A DNA stretch of 64,000 nt, the filler included, from Lenisia limosa (taxonomy: Eukaryota; Protista; Breviatea): assembly GCA_001655205.1 (NCBI GenBank). It is 12 parts of 12 records of this genome, joined end to end, with 100 filler letters (N's around TTAATTAATTAA, not from the genome) between each part and the next. Parts side by side here need not be neighbours in the genome. Positions count along the whole stretch, not along the records: positions 5,352 to 27,412 come from LPNZ01008364.1; positions 27,513 to 33,765 come from LPNZ01003400.1; positions 33,866 to 36,317 come from LPNZ01010804.1; 9 more parts are not named here. One strand, written 5' to 3'. This document shows positions 24,701 through 34,666 of the stretch, one piece after another. A program made the translations under genes and the position numbers. A model generated the notes under the pieces. It saw only the letters and a program-made list of their open reading frames with translations, was not told the DNA's origin and searched no databases. Every line of letters starts with the position of its first letter. The stretch's first letter is position 1.

Positions 24701-27412
24701 GGACGGTTCTCCTGACAGAAGGGACTTATTCTTAGTAACTGGATGTGGGAAAGAAGGCCTATCACTTGGTTCAGCAACAGGCTTTTTCTGGGGCTGAGAC
24801 AAGATCGGCAAAGAAGGCTTCTCGGAAGCGGAGAAGGTGAACTCCGGGTGAGCATGGTGGTGAGAGCTTTCTGGGCCCCCAGAAGCCAGAGTTTCGTGTG
24901 AGAGAAATGACGGCATGGAAGGGGCAGTGCTGGTTTGAGAAGGGAACGAAAAGAGCGGCTCAGGCCCTTGACTTTGACTGGATGTTACCGTTGTGTCTTT
25001 TTCGGGTTCTTTTACCTGTAAAAAGGAGGGTAACAACGAAGCATTGCACGAAGGTGGATCAAAAGAAAACTTCTCTTTGTTCTCCGACAGTGCTGCTGGT
25101 GTAGCATCAGAAAGCTTCTTCTCAGATTCCTCAAGTAGATTTGACGACTCAAGAATTTCAATATCCCTGCGCTTCTTCTTTTCCGGTGCTTCATTTTCAA
25201 TAGCCGCCCCAAGACTATCTTCCTCGGGCTCCACAGACGCCTCGCAATTGTTCTGGCGTTGCCAGGTCTGACGGAGGTCCTAGTGCTGTCAGGAATTGAT
25301 GCGGTAAATAAACAAACAATAAAGCGCTATTGGGGAGCCAAAAAAATACAACTATACCCCCCCCCCCCCAANNNNNNNNNNNNNNNNNNNNNNNNNNNNN
25401 NNNNNNNNNNNNNNNNNNNNNNNNNNNNNNNNNNNNNNNNNNNNNNNNNNNNGAAGCGCACCTTCAAATAGCCGGCAACAGTTTGCGTGGTGGACTTGAG
25501 GACCCTTCGGTAATAATACGACTCGATCGGGTCCAGATTGATCTTGATGGTGTGTGTTGACCGGGGCGGAATGCCAAGCTGGCAACGTTATTCATAAGAA
25601 AAATGTTTTAAAGGTACAGATTCTACACATTACCCTCCCTATCAATGCAGTCCTCAAAACAGTGACCGTATTAGGCGATAGCCAGCATGGTCAGTAGAAC
25701 TACTAGCAAAACGTAGTAAGTCTTGACAGATTGTTCTCAAGAGAAATCTGATACTGTCGGTCAAGACTTAACGTGTTCACTATGATACGTAAAATATAAC
25801 AATACAGTGCAATTATTTTCCATAATCAGAATCATGTGTTTCTGGTTACACTACATCCCACTTAAAATATAAAATTAATGTACCAATTAATTGCACGGAA
25901 CCCTAATAACAAGGCAATCTCTCACCTGATGCACTACATCGACATGGTGACGTCTCCAAAACACTGGCTGAAATGGTCACGTTGAAAACAGTGAAAAAAA
26001 GTGCTATTTTGACCAATAATCAGGGTTATAGGCCAATATTGTCCGACGCAACAAACTGAATGTCTTTAAAAGTGAGTGGCGCCACCGACACATCACGTAA
26101 AATTGTTTCTAATTGATGGGGGGGGGGGACACACAAAAACAAAGCCTAGGCCAGTCACTTCTACAACACCACATCACACTACTTCCAGAGGGTGAAGCAA
26201 AGAAGTTTGTTTCGATGAATATGGACGCAAAGGTACTAACAAAGGGGGGGTATGAAACAAAAAAAACATCAACTCTTGTTTGGTGAAACATTGTATCCAT
26301 AGAAGCCATAATAGTCCCCAAACCTTCAACAAGCTGACAGCGCGGTTCAAACCTCGGCTATCCTGAGCCCCTACTGGGTCTGAGGGGTCAAGTTTGGTCA
26401 ACATTTCAGCGGACAGTTTTAATATATCGTACCAAATAAAATTATTAAACAATGTTATTGTAAACTATCAGGAAAAGTAAAAAAAAGGGGGGATGGGGGG
26501 ACTTCTATTGTTCTCTACAATCCAATGGGATACTTAGGCACAAGGCTGATGATGCCATGGTATGTATCACAACTAGTGATTCACTCAGATCCGAAAAAGA
26601 CCAATAAGCTATCGATAGATGTTGAGAAAAGAAATACAGTTCGCTTTTGGATCGAACTAAAGCCCCAATCAAAACAATCAAAACAGAAGACAACATACCC
26701 GCAATGAACTGCTTCCACTGATTCTGTGACAGCTGTAACGGGGACTACAGTGTGAAGCGGAGTACAAGAAATCTAGGAAAATATCAAGATGATCGCACTT
26801 TTGATTTGAATGTACAATATGTATGAGACTCTTTATTATGTCTCGAACAAAGTCATGCGATAAGCCGAGGGCTTCACTTCGGTTTGAAAAAGGTAAAATA
26901 TCACAGTTTTCGAGGATTTATCGATCAATTCAGTCTTTTTTTTTGAACCGAAGTGAAGACCTAGATAAGCCATTCAGCATTGCTGGGTCCTTACCTTCAC
27001 AAAAGCGAGTAAGAGGCGAAGGTCATTGATAGTGTCCACGATAGGGGTTCCTGTAACTGCCCAACTAAATACATTACGAAGGCGTTAGCATAAAAAATAT
27101 GATATAATATAGTTGGGATAAAGTTTCTGGCCGAATCCATCAACACCATCACGCTTATAAGAGATATCGGATTATAGTGTAATAGTAATTCACCAAATAA
27201 TTTGCCTTACAACTCTGTGCACACAGCTTTCTGCATGGCATAAACTATAAGACATATCGATATATGATATATGTCCGATAAATTCCGACATTTCTGCCAT
27301 TTAGATAGATCTCACCTGATCTCAGCTCTCAAATCAAGCGTGAGTTGTGTGGACACGGAGGCGGCCGAACGCACCATTTGAGCCTCATCGATCACCACAC
27401 GCCACCAGTTGA
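10210..27412 (-). CDS. SHPRH: SHPRH-type SNF2 helicase / C3HC4 RING E3 ubiquitin ligase (5' part cut off by scaffold end)
   Basis: Spliced exons give the SHPRH motifs in order: WWRVVIDEAQMV (27320-27412), WAVTGTP, PVFWRR..LGIPP..LDPIESYYYRR, LKKLRQACCHAQ (23750-23847), DNFQRLHILSNL, RING CVIC..CGHQFCVQC..CPTC (13130-12560), GSKVEAIV, KALIFSQW, LLLPIKSGANGLNITEANYVFLIEP, QAVNRIFRIGQTRP..YIVADSVEDRV, and a last exon LTLGTLWKLVRPE* ending at 10210. Confidence 0.9.
10871..10952. mobile_element. MITE family E (CAGTG-terminated, TA-flanked, Tc1/mariner-like)
   Basis: TA-CAGTGACCAGGATAAGTCCTGACC...GGTCAAGACTTATCCCGGTCTCTG-TA; homologues at 35146-35221, 58147-58220 and 31150-31242. Confidence 0.8.
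11761..11945 (-). repeat. Stacked G'/B'/G modules ending near a SHPRH acceptor (11750-11752)
   Basis: Sense: ..TTCCTTCGTTTTACT..AAATTTTCCAATTTTACG..GGAGTTTCAAATTATTCGGTTCG..TATTCTTCATCGATATTTCCTCGTTTTACCCCCCCTCCC..TTCCAG|. Confidence 0.8.
12828..12950. repeat. 25-bp minisatellite, ~5 copies, in a SHPRH intron
   Basis: Unit TAAACCCGAAGCAAGTGTCAAGAGG. Confidence 0.9.
13376..13452 (-). repeat. Family B intronic repeat, 3' end ~19 nt from a SHPRH acceptor AG
   Basis: Sense strand reads ..CCAACAGAGTTGATTTGGGG..GTTTCATAAATTTTCCAATTTTACTCCCCC-tatccccattaacttccccAG|GTCACC. Confidence 0.85.
14102..14972 (+). pseudogene. Antisense coding-like segment inside a SHPRH intron, frameshifted or gapped, product unknown
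   Basis: Protein-like acidic frame 14321-14629 (MKELANDVDYDIELGLYDAVLGDDDD...) continues in a shifted frame as VDENEFLARILISQNLNG. Flanking plus-strand AG/GT-bounded pieces at ~14102-14144 and from 14229. Interrupted by the gap at 14683-14756. Confidence 0.35.
16029..16119 (-). tRNA. tRNA-Glu(TTC) with a 19-nt intron at position 37/38
   Basis: Reverse complement folds as acceptor TCCCTTA/TGAGGGA, D arm GTGT/ACAC, anticodon stem GTTGG/CCAGC with loop CT-TTC-A|C, and T arm CCGGG-TTCGATT-CCCGG. Intron AGTTCTTCGGAACAAAGCC; mature length 72 nt. A T6 Pol III terminator follows. Confidence 0.92.
16270..17035 (+). other. GC-richer, Pro-rich coding-like segment inside a SHPRH intron (antisense), unresolved
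   Basis: Frames such as APAPPVPIQGSLLPSGPKQPTPPPAAPEAS (16300-16457) and a 125-aa ORF at 16658-17035. Split by the gap at 16458-16561. No family recognised. Confidence 0.25.
19507..19556 (-). repeat. Family B repeat ending directly at a SHPRH acceptor
   Basis: Sense: GAGTTGATTTGGGCTTTTTTGTTTCATAAAGTTTCCAATTTTACTCCCCCAG|GTGA. Confidence 0.85.
20037..20213. repeat. 31-bp minisatellite, ~5.6 copies, in a SHPRH intron
   Basis: Unit AGTCAGCAATGGGGCTTGTTGTTCAACTACC, head-to-tail with no spacers. Confidence 0.92.
21160..21532 (+). pseudogene. Antisense coding-like fragment inside a SHPRH intron
   Basis: DLTNRHVCTVKENSAIICTVPIFAGWYKTARGWDFKEENAKGTTNVQHFAEFVINRLL joins ...TQAIAETNANFSGNDTDLSPAEKELIELCLPHPGDYIRNVIAATESRRLRQAERSQS* via a 1-nt frameshift near 21334 or a 49-nt intron. 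C/T-ending codon bias resembles RPL34. Confidence 0.4.
26868..26964. mobile_element. MITE family A in a SHPRH intron
   Basis: GGGCTTCACTTCGGTTTGAAAAAG...TTTTTGAACCGAAGTGAAGACCTA. Confidence 0.8.
27115..27240 (-). repeat. Family D copy in a SHPRH intron
   Basis: TCTGGCCGAATCCATCAACACCATCACGCTTATAAGAGATATCGG..TTTGCCTTACAACTCTGTGCACACAGCTTTCTGC on the plus strand. Confidence 0.85.
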
Positions 27413-27714
27413 NNNNNNNNNNNNNNNNNNNNNNNNNNNNNNNNNNNNNNNNNNNNTTAATTAATTAANNNNNNNNNNNNNNNNNNNNNNNNNNNNNNNN
27501 NNNNNNNNNNNNGGACAATTTTTGAAACAAAACAAGCCCAAAATCAACTCTTAGGGAGAGTGGGTGATGTCATTGGGAAGGAAGATGGATTATGAATATA
27601 ATGTTGGACCTTCGCTCACACACATTAGCAATTTTGGGTTGTTGTTTTATTAGCAATTCTGGGTGTTGTTTTGTTTTTTTGTTTGTTTGACACCTGTAAA
27701 TGTTCTGATTTTTA

Positions 27715-30700
27715 TCTCCACCTCCCACTAGCATTCAAGGGGTTTGTCATCTCCTGAAGGAAGGATGTTTTGATTCGACGACTATGTTCATCTTCTNNNN
27801 NNNNNNNNNNNNNNNNNNNNNNNNNNNNNNNNNNNNNNNNNNNNNNNNNNNNNNNNNNNNNNNNNNNNNNNNNNNNNNNNNNNNNNNNNNNNNNNNNNNN
27901 NNNNNNNNNNNNNNNNNNNNNNNNNNNNNNNNNNNNNNNNNNNNNNNNNNNNNNNNNNNNNNNNNNNNNNNNNNAACAAAACAAATAAAGCCTTTACAGC
28001 ACCGCATCCCAGCGGTTAAGGATGGGGATGGGGTAGATAAAAAGGTGAGTATCCTCCAGGATAGAACGCTCCTGAAGACATACTCCCATTGTCCCTTCAA
28101 CACACACATACTTCCACCATCCTTCAACACTAGGGCTTCCCGTCGGTCCCATAATAGTGAATTTCTATGTTCTCGATGAGTCTCTTCTTTTGACGATCTT
28201 TTTCGTACCGTAAGGAAGCCCTATGTAACACACAAACCCCCATCATTATTTCACCATCCCACCTTGGCTGGAGCGTTTCCTAAAGAACGCATCCACCTCA
28301 TCAATGAACAAGAGGGCCGGCTTGGAGTTGCGAGCAGCCTCGAAGAGCTGGCAGATGAGCTTCTCGCTTTCTCCAACGTAGGGACTGTTTTCGTGAAATT
28401 TTTCAATATTTATCGATAATTGATTGAGGAATTATCAATAGTTTGCTACACTATAGAGGTAGAGTCAGGTGAATATCGAGGATAGATCAAGAAATTCAAA
28501 AAATCAAATAAAAAAAGGTTATAGTACAATAGTGGTCTATGTTGACCTCATTTTTCAAATTAATTGACACTCGTAGTTCTAAACTAGAGCACGATAAGTG
28601 GAAATGAGAAATGGTAAGAGAATATCAAAATATAATAGGATATCAGAATAAAAAGGGAGCATCACCTGCTTCATCACCTTCCTTTGATTGCATGGCATTT
28701 TATCGAAAAGAAGGAAAATATAAATTTGAGGGAAATGAAGGTGAGAACCATTTGATTTAATTCTACACTTTAGGTATCCCTTCCATTTCCAGCATTCGGG
28801 AGACTGTCACTGAGCACAAAGAATGGTGGCAAGGGTAGATCCAATGAGGGGGAGACTGGTCTGGGTAGACAAGAGGCCGGAATAATTGCGCTGAATAGTG
28901 CAGATGTTACATGGGGTGCCCATATACGGTGGTGTTGATGGAAATGTTCAGCGGGTACACATCAATAGATACGTCAAGATAGGTGAGTGATTATCTTGAC
29001 CATTGATTTCAACTTCTCTCTAAGTTTTTGATTCATCGACCTGACATCCAATTTAAAATTATTGACCAACATTTGAACAATATCCGATCGAGATATGTGC
29101 CGTTTTTGATTAACGAACAAAACCATTATAATAGGAATGAATTAATGAAATTTGCTTCATAAATTTTCTCCCAGATTTTGATAACTGATTTGTACACCTC
29201 AATCATCAATGGTGTGAGTGTGAGTTATATCTGGAACACAATATTACCAGGCATCGATGGTTGGGAATCATGTCCCAGTCTTTTTACCGAGAATGTGAGT
29301 GTTTTCGACCAAGAATTTTATTACTATGAAACCTTTTAGATGCCACGTCTTCGGATGCTTCGCAGTATCTTTAAAAGCAAGGACCAACTCCAAATAATCC
29401 AAAATTAACGTGAGTGTCTCTTATATGATCGTACAAGCCTGTTGTTAACATACTTCTGGCGTGCTTTGAAACTTTCACCTTGTATGTAACTATTACTTGT
29501 GCCTCTTTTTTGACCTATGACGTTTTTACCAACTAACTCAACTCTCAGAATGATCGCCAAACACCTGCCCTTAGTTCGGCGGGGGGAGTGCTTATCAAAC
29601 AGAATGAAGCCTCAACACGAGTAAAAAAACAGATTGCAAAAAGTGAACAGGAAAATCACAGTAGAAATAGAAAAAGCAAACCACAACCCCCCAAAAAAGT
29701 CATCTTTTAACCGCAACCCATAATAACTGTAATCATGTAATTTTAATAGTTAGACTGTCGTGTAGTTATTAGGAGTTTCAGATTATTTAGTTCGTGAATA
29801 GTAACTTTACACCGAATTCTTTCTCCCCATCCCCCCAACACTTTCAAACTTAAAAACAACCCTACCACTCATACGACAAAACTAACAAAGAATCCACGAC
29901 AAACCCAAAAATGAACCCATGACAAACCTAAAGAGGTCCTGGGCCCCAGCACCAAAAATGAACCCATGACAAACCTAAAGAGGTCCTGGGCCCCAGCACA
30001 AATAAAGTTTGTTTCGAGCTCGTTTGCCGCGGCTCGAGCCAACATCGTTTTTCCTGTTCCTGGGGAAAAGGGAGGGAGTAAGAAGAATGTATATGGGGGT
30101 AAGATAGTATAAGATGCAGGTAAGGTATTATATCAGACTGAAGTAAATATTACCTAAATTAAATTCTCTTAAATAATCACTTTGAAATGGGGTAGGGGAG
30201 ATATGCTGATGGTGGGATCAGAATTAATGATACCAAACAAAAAAAAACAGCAGAATAGGAAGCTTGAGAGTTGATTACAAAATATCAATACCAACCTGGA
30301 GGTCCAAATAATAGCAGAGTTGTAAGTGTTTTTCTTTTTCCGGTAAACAAGTGTGGGAACCTAGAAGCAATGAGCATGGCAAAAAAAGTGGGGCTGAAGC
30401 CATCCACTTCATCGCATTTATCACAGACAACAAAAATTAACAGAGTGAAGGATTATGATTAATTGACTAAGGCAGATTGATAATTGTTGATTTTAGATGA
30501 TATATCGATATATTGTTTTTGCGCCAACCTTAAGGGGTAGAGAAAGGCCTCTTTTAGTACCCTCTTGGCCTCGACAAGCCCCACAACGTCCGTGAAGAAA
30601 AGACCATTTTTGTCAGCTTTTACGGGGGCTGTTGGGAGGAACGGATCTGGAGGGAGGGGGGTAAATTGGAACGTTTTTTTTTACAAAAATAAATAAAAAA

Positions 30701-31775
30701 CCCCATAATCAACTCTGTTCCACTGAGAAGGCCAAAACCAGTTCCGTCCAATTCGCCCCCAACTTTTCTTATCATCATCAAGGGACGCGCCACCGCCTTG
30801 CTTGAGTTCCACCTTCTGCGGGTCTTCTTTTTGGTTGGTAAGGACGGCCAAACGGTGCCGTAGAACGTTTCGCAGTANNNNNNNNNNNNNNNNNNNNNNN
30901 NNNNNNNNNNNNNNNNNNNNNNNNNNNNNNNNNNNNNNNNNNNNNNNNNNNNNNNNNNNNTATGAAACAAAAAACCCCAAATCAACTCTATTGGCTGACA
31001 ATACACGAGGGTTGATAACAACAAAACAAGCAAAGCCCAGGCCTGTCCCATCACTATTCGGGAGGGTGGGTAATAAACAATTGGGAAAAGAGACTAAAAT
31101 TAGTTTAACATTCCAATATGCCACACTATAAAATATAAAATTAGATTGTCAATTAGACTTGACCGATTTGCTACGTGATATACAGTAACTGGGATAAGTC
31201 TTGACCGATTTGCTAGGTGATTTCACTTATCAAGGTCACTGTATAAATGGTTAATTAGTGAATTGTTATTGAAAGAAGCCCTGGTTTCTTACCTGTATTG
31301 AGGCGCCTTGGTTCTCAAACTGAATATTCTCTAAAGACTGAAGACTACTCCTAAAAAATTAGTTGCTTTTAGTTCAGAAAACTAGCTTCACTTTCGCTTC
31401 CAAAAGACTTAAATAGTCAGCATATTAATGCTTAAAATATATTAGATGGTAAAACCAAGGTGAAGCAAACTCAAAAAAAATATGTCGTTTCATATTTGTA
31501 TTTGTACAATGATAGTATATACACAATGGCAACGAACATACTTATACTGTTTGACCGCTTCGTTCTTATTTCCTGCGTCTTCGTAGGAGAAGGCAGCATC
31601 CCCCCTGGGGTGTTAATGGGGGATATTGATTCAAATCCACACCTTTTCCCCACAAATCAAAAAGGTATTCATAAGTAAATTGACAGAAACGTGAGTTCTT
31701 GAGAGAAATCCGTCAAGATATATATGTAACAATCCTCCACGCAAAACAATCCAATGCAATGCGTTCTGTGCCCAT
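27715..31775 (-). CDS. Divergent VPS4/katanin-family AAA+ ATPase with N-terminal MIT-like segment (3' part cut off by scaffold end)
   Basis: Exons: MGTERIALDCFA-GDAAFSYEDAGNKNEAVKQY (MIT-like), [43 protein letters not shown] (Walker A), [36 protein letters not shown] (Walker B), EHSRRIKTSFLQEM. Confidence 0.85.
28131..28223. mobile_element. MITE family A, TA-flanked
   Basis: TA-GGGCTTCCCGTCGGTCCC...GTACCGTAAGGAAGCCC-TA. Confidence 0.75.
28611..29408 (+). CDS. Candidate nested antisense spliced gene (~135 aa) inside the 1590-nt intron of the VPS4-like gene
   Basis: Phase-consistent model M|DIRIKREHHLLHHLPLIAWHFIEKKENINLREMK|VSLPFPAFGRLSLSTKNGGK|VQMLHGVPIYGGVDGNVQRVHINRYVKIG|IDGWESCPSLFTEN|MPRLRMLRSIFKSKDQLQIIQN* with donors gtaaga, gtgaga, gtagat, gtgagt, gtgagt. 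No N gap in the interval. The first intron would be only 25 nt. Confidence 0.4.
30650..31045 (-). repeat. Two family B copies in VPS4-like introns (30650-30722 acceptor-proximal; 30961-31045)
   Basis: Sense: ..CCAATTTACCCCCCTCCCTCCAG|ATCC and GGCCTGGGCTTTG..TTATCAACCCTCGTGTATTGTCAGCCAATAGAGTTGATTTGGGG. Confidence 0.8.
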
Positions 31776-32204
31776 GCTCACAAGCAAACTGAGACCTTGA
31801 CTTGCTCAACCACACTCGGCATTGACAATGGTGATCAAGGAATAAAGCAAGGGGGACAAATATGCTGCCTCGGTTGTGCTACTGTTGGCGTTGCAGCTTC
31901 TTATCCAGTAAGTATCATGAATAAGCCATGTTGAAGAGAGCTCGACGTATTGAAAGGTTGTAATCAAATTGTTCTTCAGGAGACGATCTTCCAATTCTTC
32001 TTTTTCTCGTATTTTTAAAAATAAATCAATAAATTAAAGTTGATGATAGACGGAAGAGGTCAAAAGAAAAGGAATAAAGCTGCGTTTCTATCATGATATA
32101 ATTCCGATAATTGACTGAGATATCTTTCGTTTTGTTGTTTTTGCGGCTGCATCTTCGCCTCTTTCACATCCATTAGTAGCAGAAAAGGACCTTTTTTTAA
32201 AAGC

Positions 32205-32685
32205 ATGACACAGGAAGACCCGTCGTCCTTGAACAAGAAGATGACAACAACATGGAAGTAGGCTCCTCTCTCACCCCGCTAACCGCACCAGCCCTCTTCC
32301 TTCCTATGAACAAGAGCCGTCAATGCTCTGGGTAGCCACTGTCTGCTGGGCATTCTTCACCCTTTTCGTGCTCATCTCTACACTGATCAGCGACATGCTT
32401 CTCTTTAGTGCAACCGCACCTCTTCTTGGAGCCATGATCTGGGGCACCAGGGTGATGCTGGAGCTTTGCCACGAGCTTGTTCCCGGCTTCGGGCTGTTGT
32501 CTTGGCTCATTCTCATGATTGCCTCGTTTGGGTCGCCGGTCTATGTCGTTTCATCTTGGCCAGAAGATTGGATCGCCATTTACGTCTCCATGGCGCTGTG
32601 CTCGTTCTTATTAGCAAGCTTCTCAATGCTCCTCCTTAAGTACGTTGGAATTCTTGTTGACAATCTTCATGTTTTGGTTTATTGA
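32205..32685 (+). CDS. Small multi-pass membrane protein, unidentified
   Basis: ATG at 32205 and a 34-nt GT-AG intron (32258-32291) join in frame to the ORF at 32323-32685, which has about four hydrophobic segments. Confidence 0.6.
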
Positions 32686-33865
32686 GGGAATGGTGATATG
32701 AGAGCCTTTTGAAGAAGACTCCCCCCGAATACCTGTTATTGGTGTAGATTTGCGAGGGATGAGGAAGCAGCAAGACTATCCTTGGAGAAGAAGGAGGATT
32801 AAACCTACGTCGACATGTTTTCGTCTTATTTGCTGGACTATACAAGACCTTAAAGTTCACTGTCATCTCTTACGTTTAGATGCATCACGTTTTCTGATTT
32901 TTTTTTTTTTTTTTTTTCAAAAGGGCTCAATTGCCTTATAAGGAAACTTTGGTCTATTAATCAGATTTCGACCGATCACCAATTGAATTTCGGTTATTTA
33001 TTAGTGATACCTACCCATTATAGTGAAGTTAACCTTTAGATTAAATCTACGTATCACGAGCACCTATTATGGTATGATGTGGAGTATTTGTTTTATTTTT
33101 TAGCATAATGTTGTGGATTAATTATATGGTTTCTTGTTCATATCATCTCATGCAATTATGATTCACTGGTATTAAAGACATGCACTATTAAAAAGACTGA
33201 GTTCTTAATACATTTCGATATACTTTTATAATACTCAATTTCACATTGTTTTCTAATAATACAATATCCCATGTTAAATACTCAAATGAAATACAGCTGA
33301 AACCAGCCACTCCTTCAAATGTCATTAGTTACATATGACATTGATTCTGTTTGAGATTTTTCTCCAATTTCACTGCATATAGAAACACCTTTTCCTTCTT
33401 TTAATGGTCTTTTTGGCCCTAATCGCGCTCTTATCTGCCTTGGTTTGTGGGGAAGGGTTTGGGCGGGAAGAAAAGGAGAATGTGGGGGTGAGGGGGGAAG
33501 ATTATACGTGGTTCATTTTTGTGTTGTTATATGTACAAGTTTTACTGTGCTTGTATTCTTGAAAGACTGAAGGAATGGGGTGTTCCGGTTTTTTTTCTCC
33601 CGTCGTTTCTTTCTTGCTATTCTTCTTTTTCGGGTTTTTTTTGAAATCAGTGCAGTTTTCTATGATAATATATGGGTTGTTGCTTCTTGCTCTTTTTTTT
33701 TCTCAATGATATTTAATATGAAATTTGACAGCTTTTGAATCTTTTGCCTTCAACTTTTGCTTGCANNNNNNNNNNNNNNNNNNNNNNNNNNNNNNNNNNN
33801 NNNNNNNNNTTAATTAATTAANNNNNNNNNNNNNNNNNNNNNNNNNNNNNNNNNNNNNNNNNNNN

Positions 33866-34604
33866 CAAGAAGCGCTGTGTCTGTCGTTGACCACGAACAT
33901 TCTCCCCAATATTGCGATCAAGACGCTTCTTCTTTCTCAAGTCGGTGCTCACAAATATGGAAAGCATTGCTCTTCACTGATCCATTTTGCGCTGGCCTGG
34001 TCTCTGTTTTGTTCAATCCTCGAGAAATTTTGTTCATTCCCCCCCCCCCCAGAACCNNNNNNNNNNNNNNNNNNNNNNNNNNNNNNNNNNNNNNNNNNNN
34101 NNNNNNNNNNNNNNNNNNNNNNNNNNNNNNNNNNNNNNNNNNNNNNNNNNNNNNNNNNNNNNNNNNNNNNNNNNNNNNNNNNNNNNNNNNCCCCAGTTAT
34201 ATGGTAGGTTTCTACCAGGTACAACCTTTTGTTTTTTTATTTCTCATTGCTCTATCATATATTATTAGGATGGTGTTGATGATGGATGCTGAGTGGGGCT
34301 TCACTTCGTTTCAAAAATAAAACTGCATTTCTCGATAACTCCTCGAAACCTATCGATATTTTTCCAGTATTTTTCGAACCTAAGTGAAACCTAATGGTAG
34401 GTTTCGACCAGATACAATCTTGTTTGATTTCACGTCTCTCTCAAAACAATATGTATGTACATAATATGTGTCATCATACTATATCATATATTTTATGATA
34501 CTATATGCAGCTATAATGATATAATGATCCACCGTCATCACCATCATCATCATCATCATCATCATCATCACAATCATCAACATCATACCATCATCATCAA
34601 CATT

Positions 34605-34666
<62 letters not shown>

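Noticed and set aside
23750-27412. A SHPRH variant lacking the SNF2 ATPase N-lobe
   Set aside because: Motifs II (DEAQ) and III (TGTP) are present at 26990-27412; the rest is cut off by the scaffold end.
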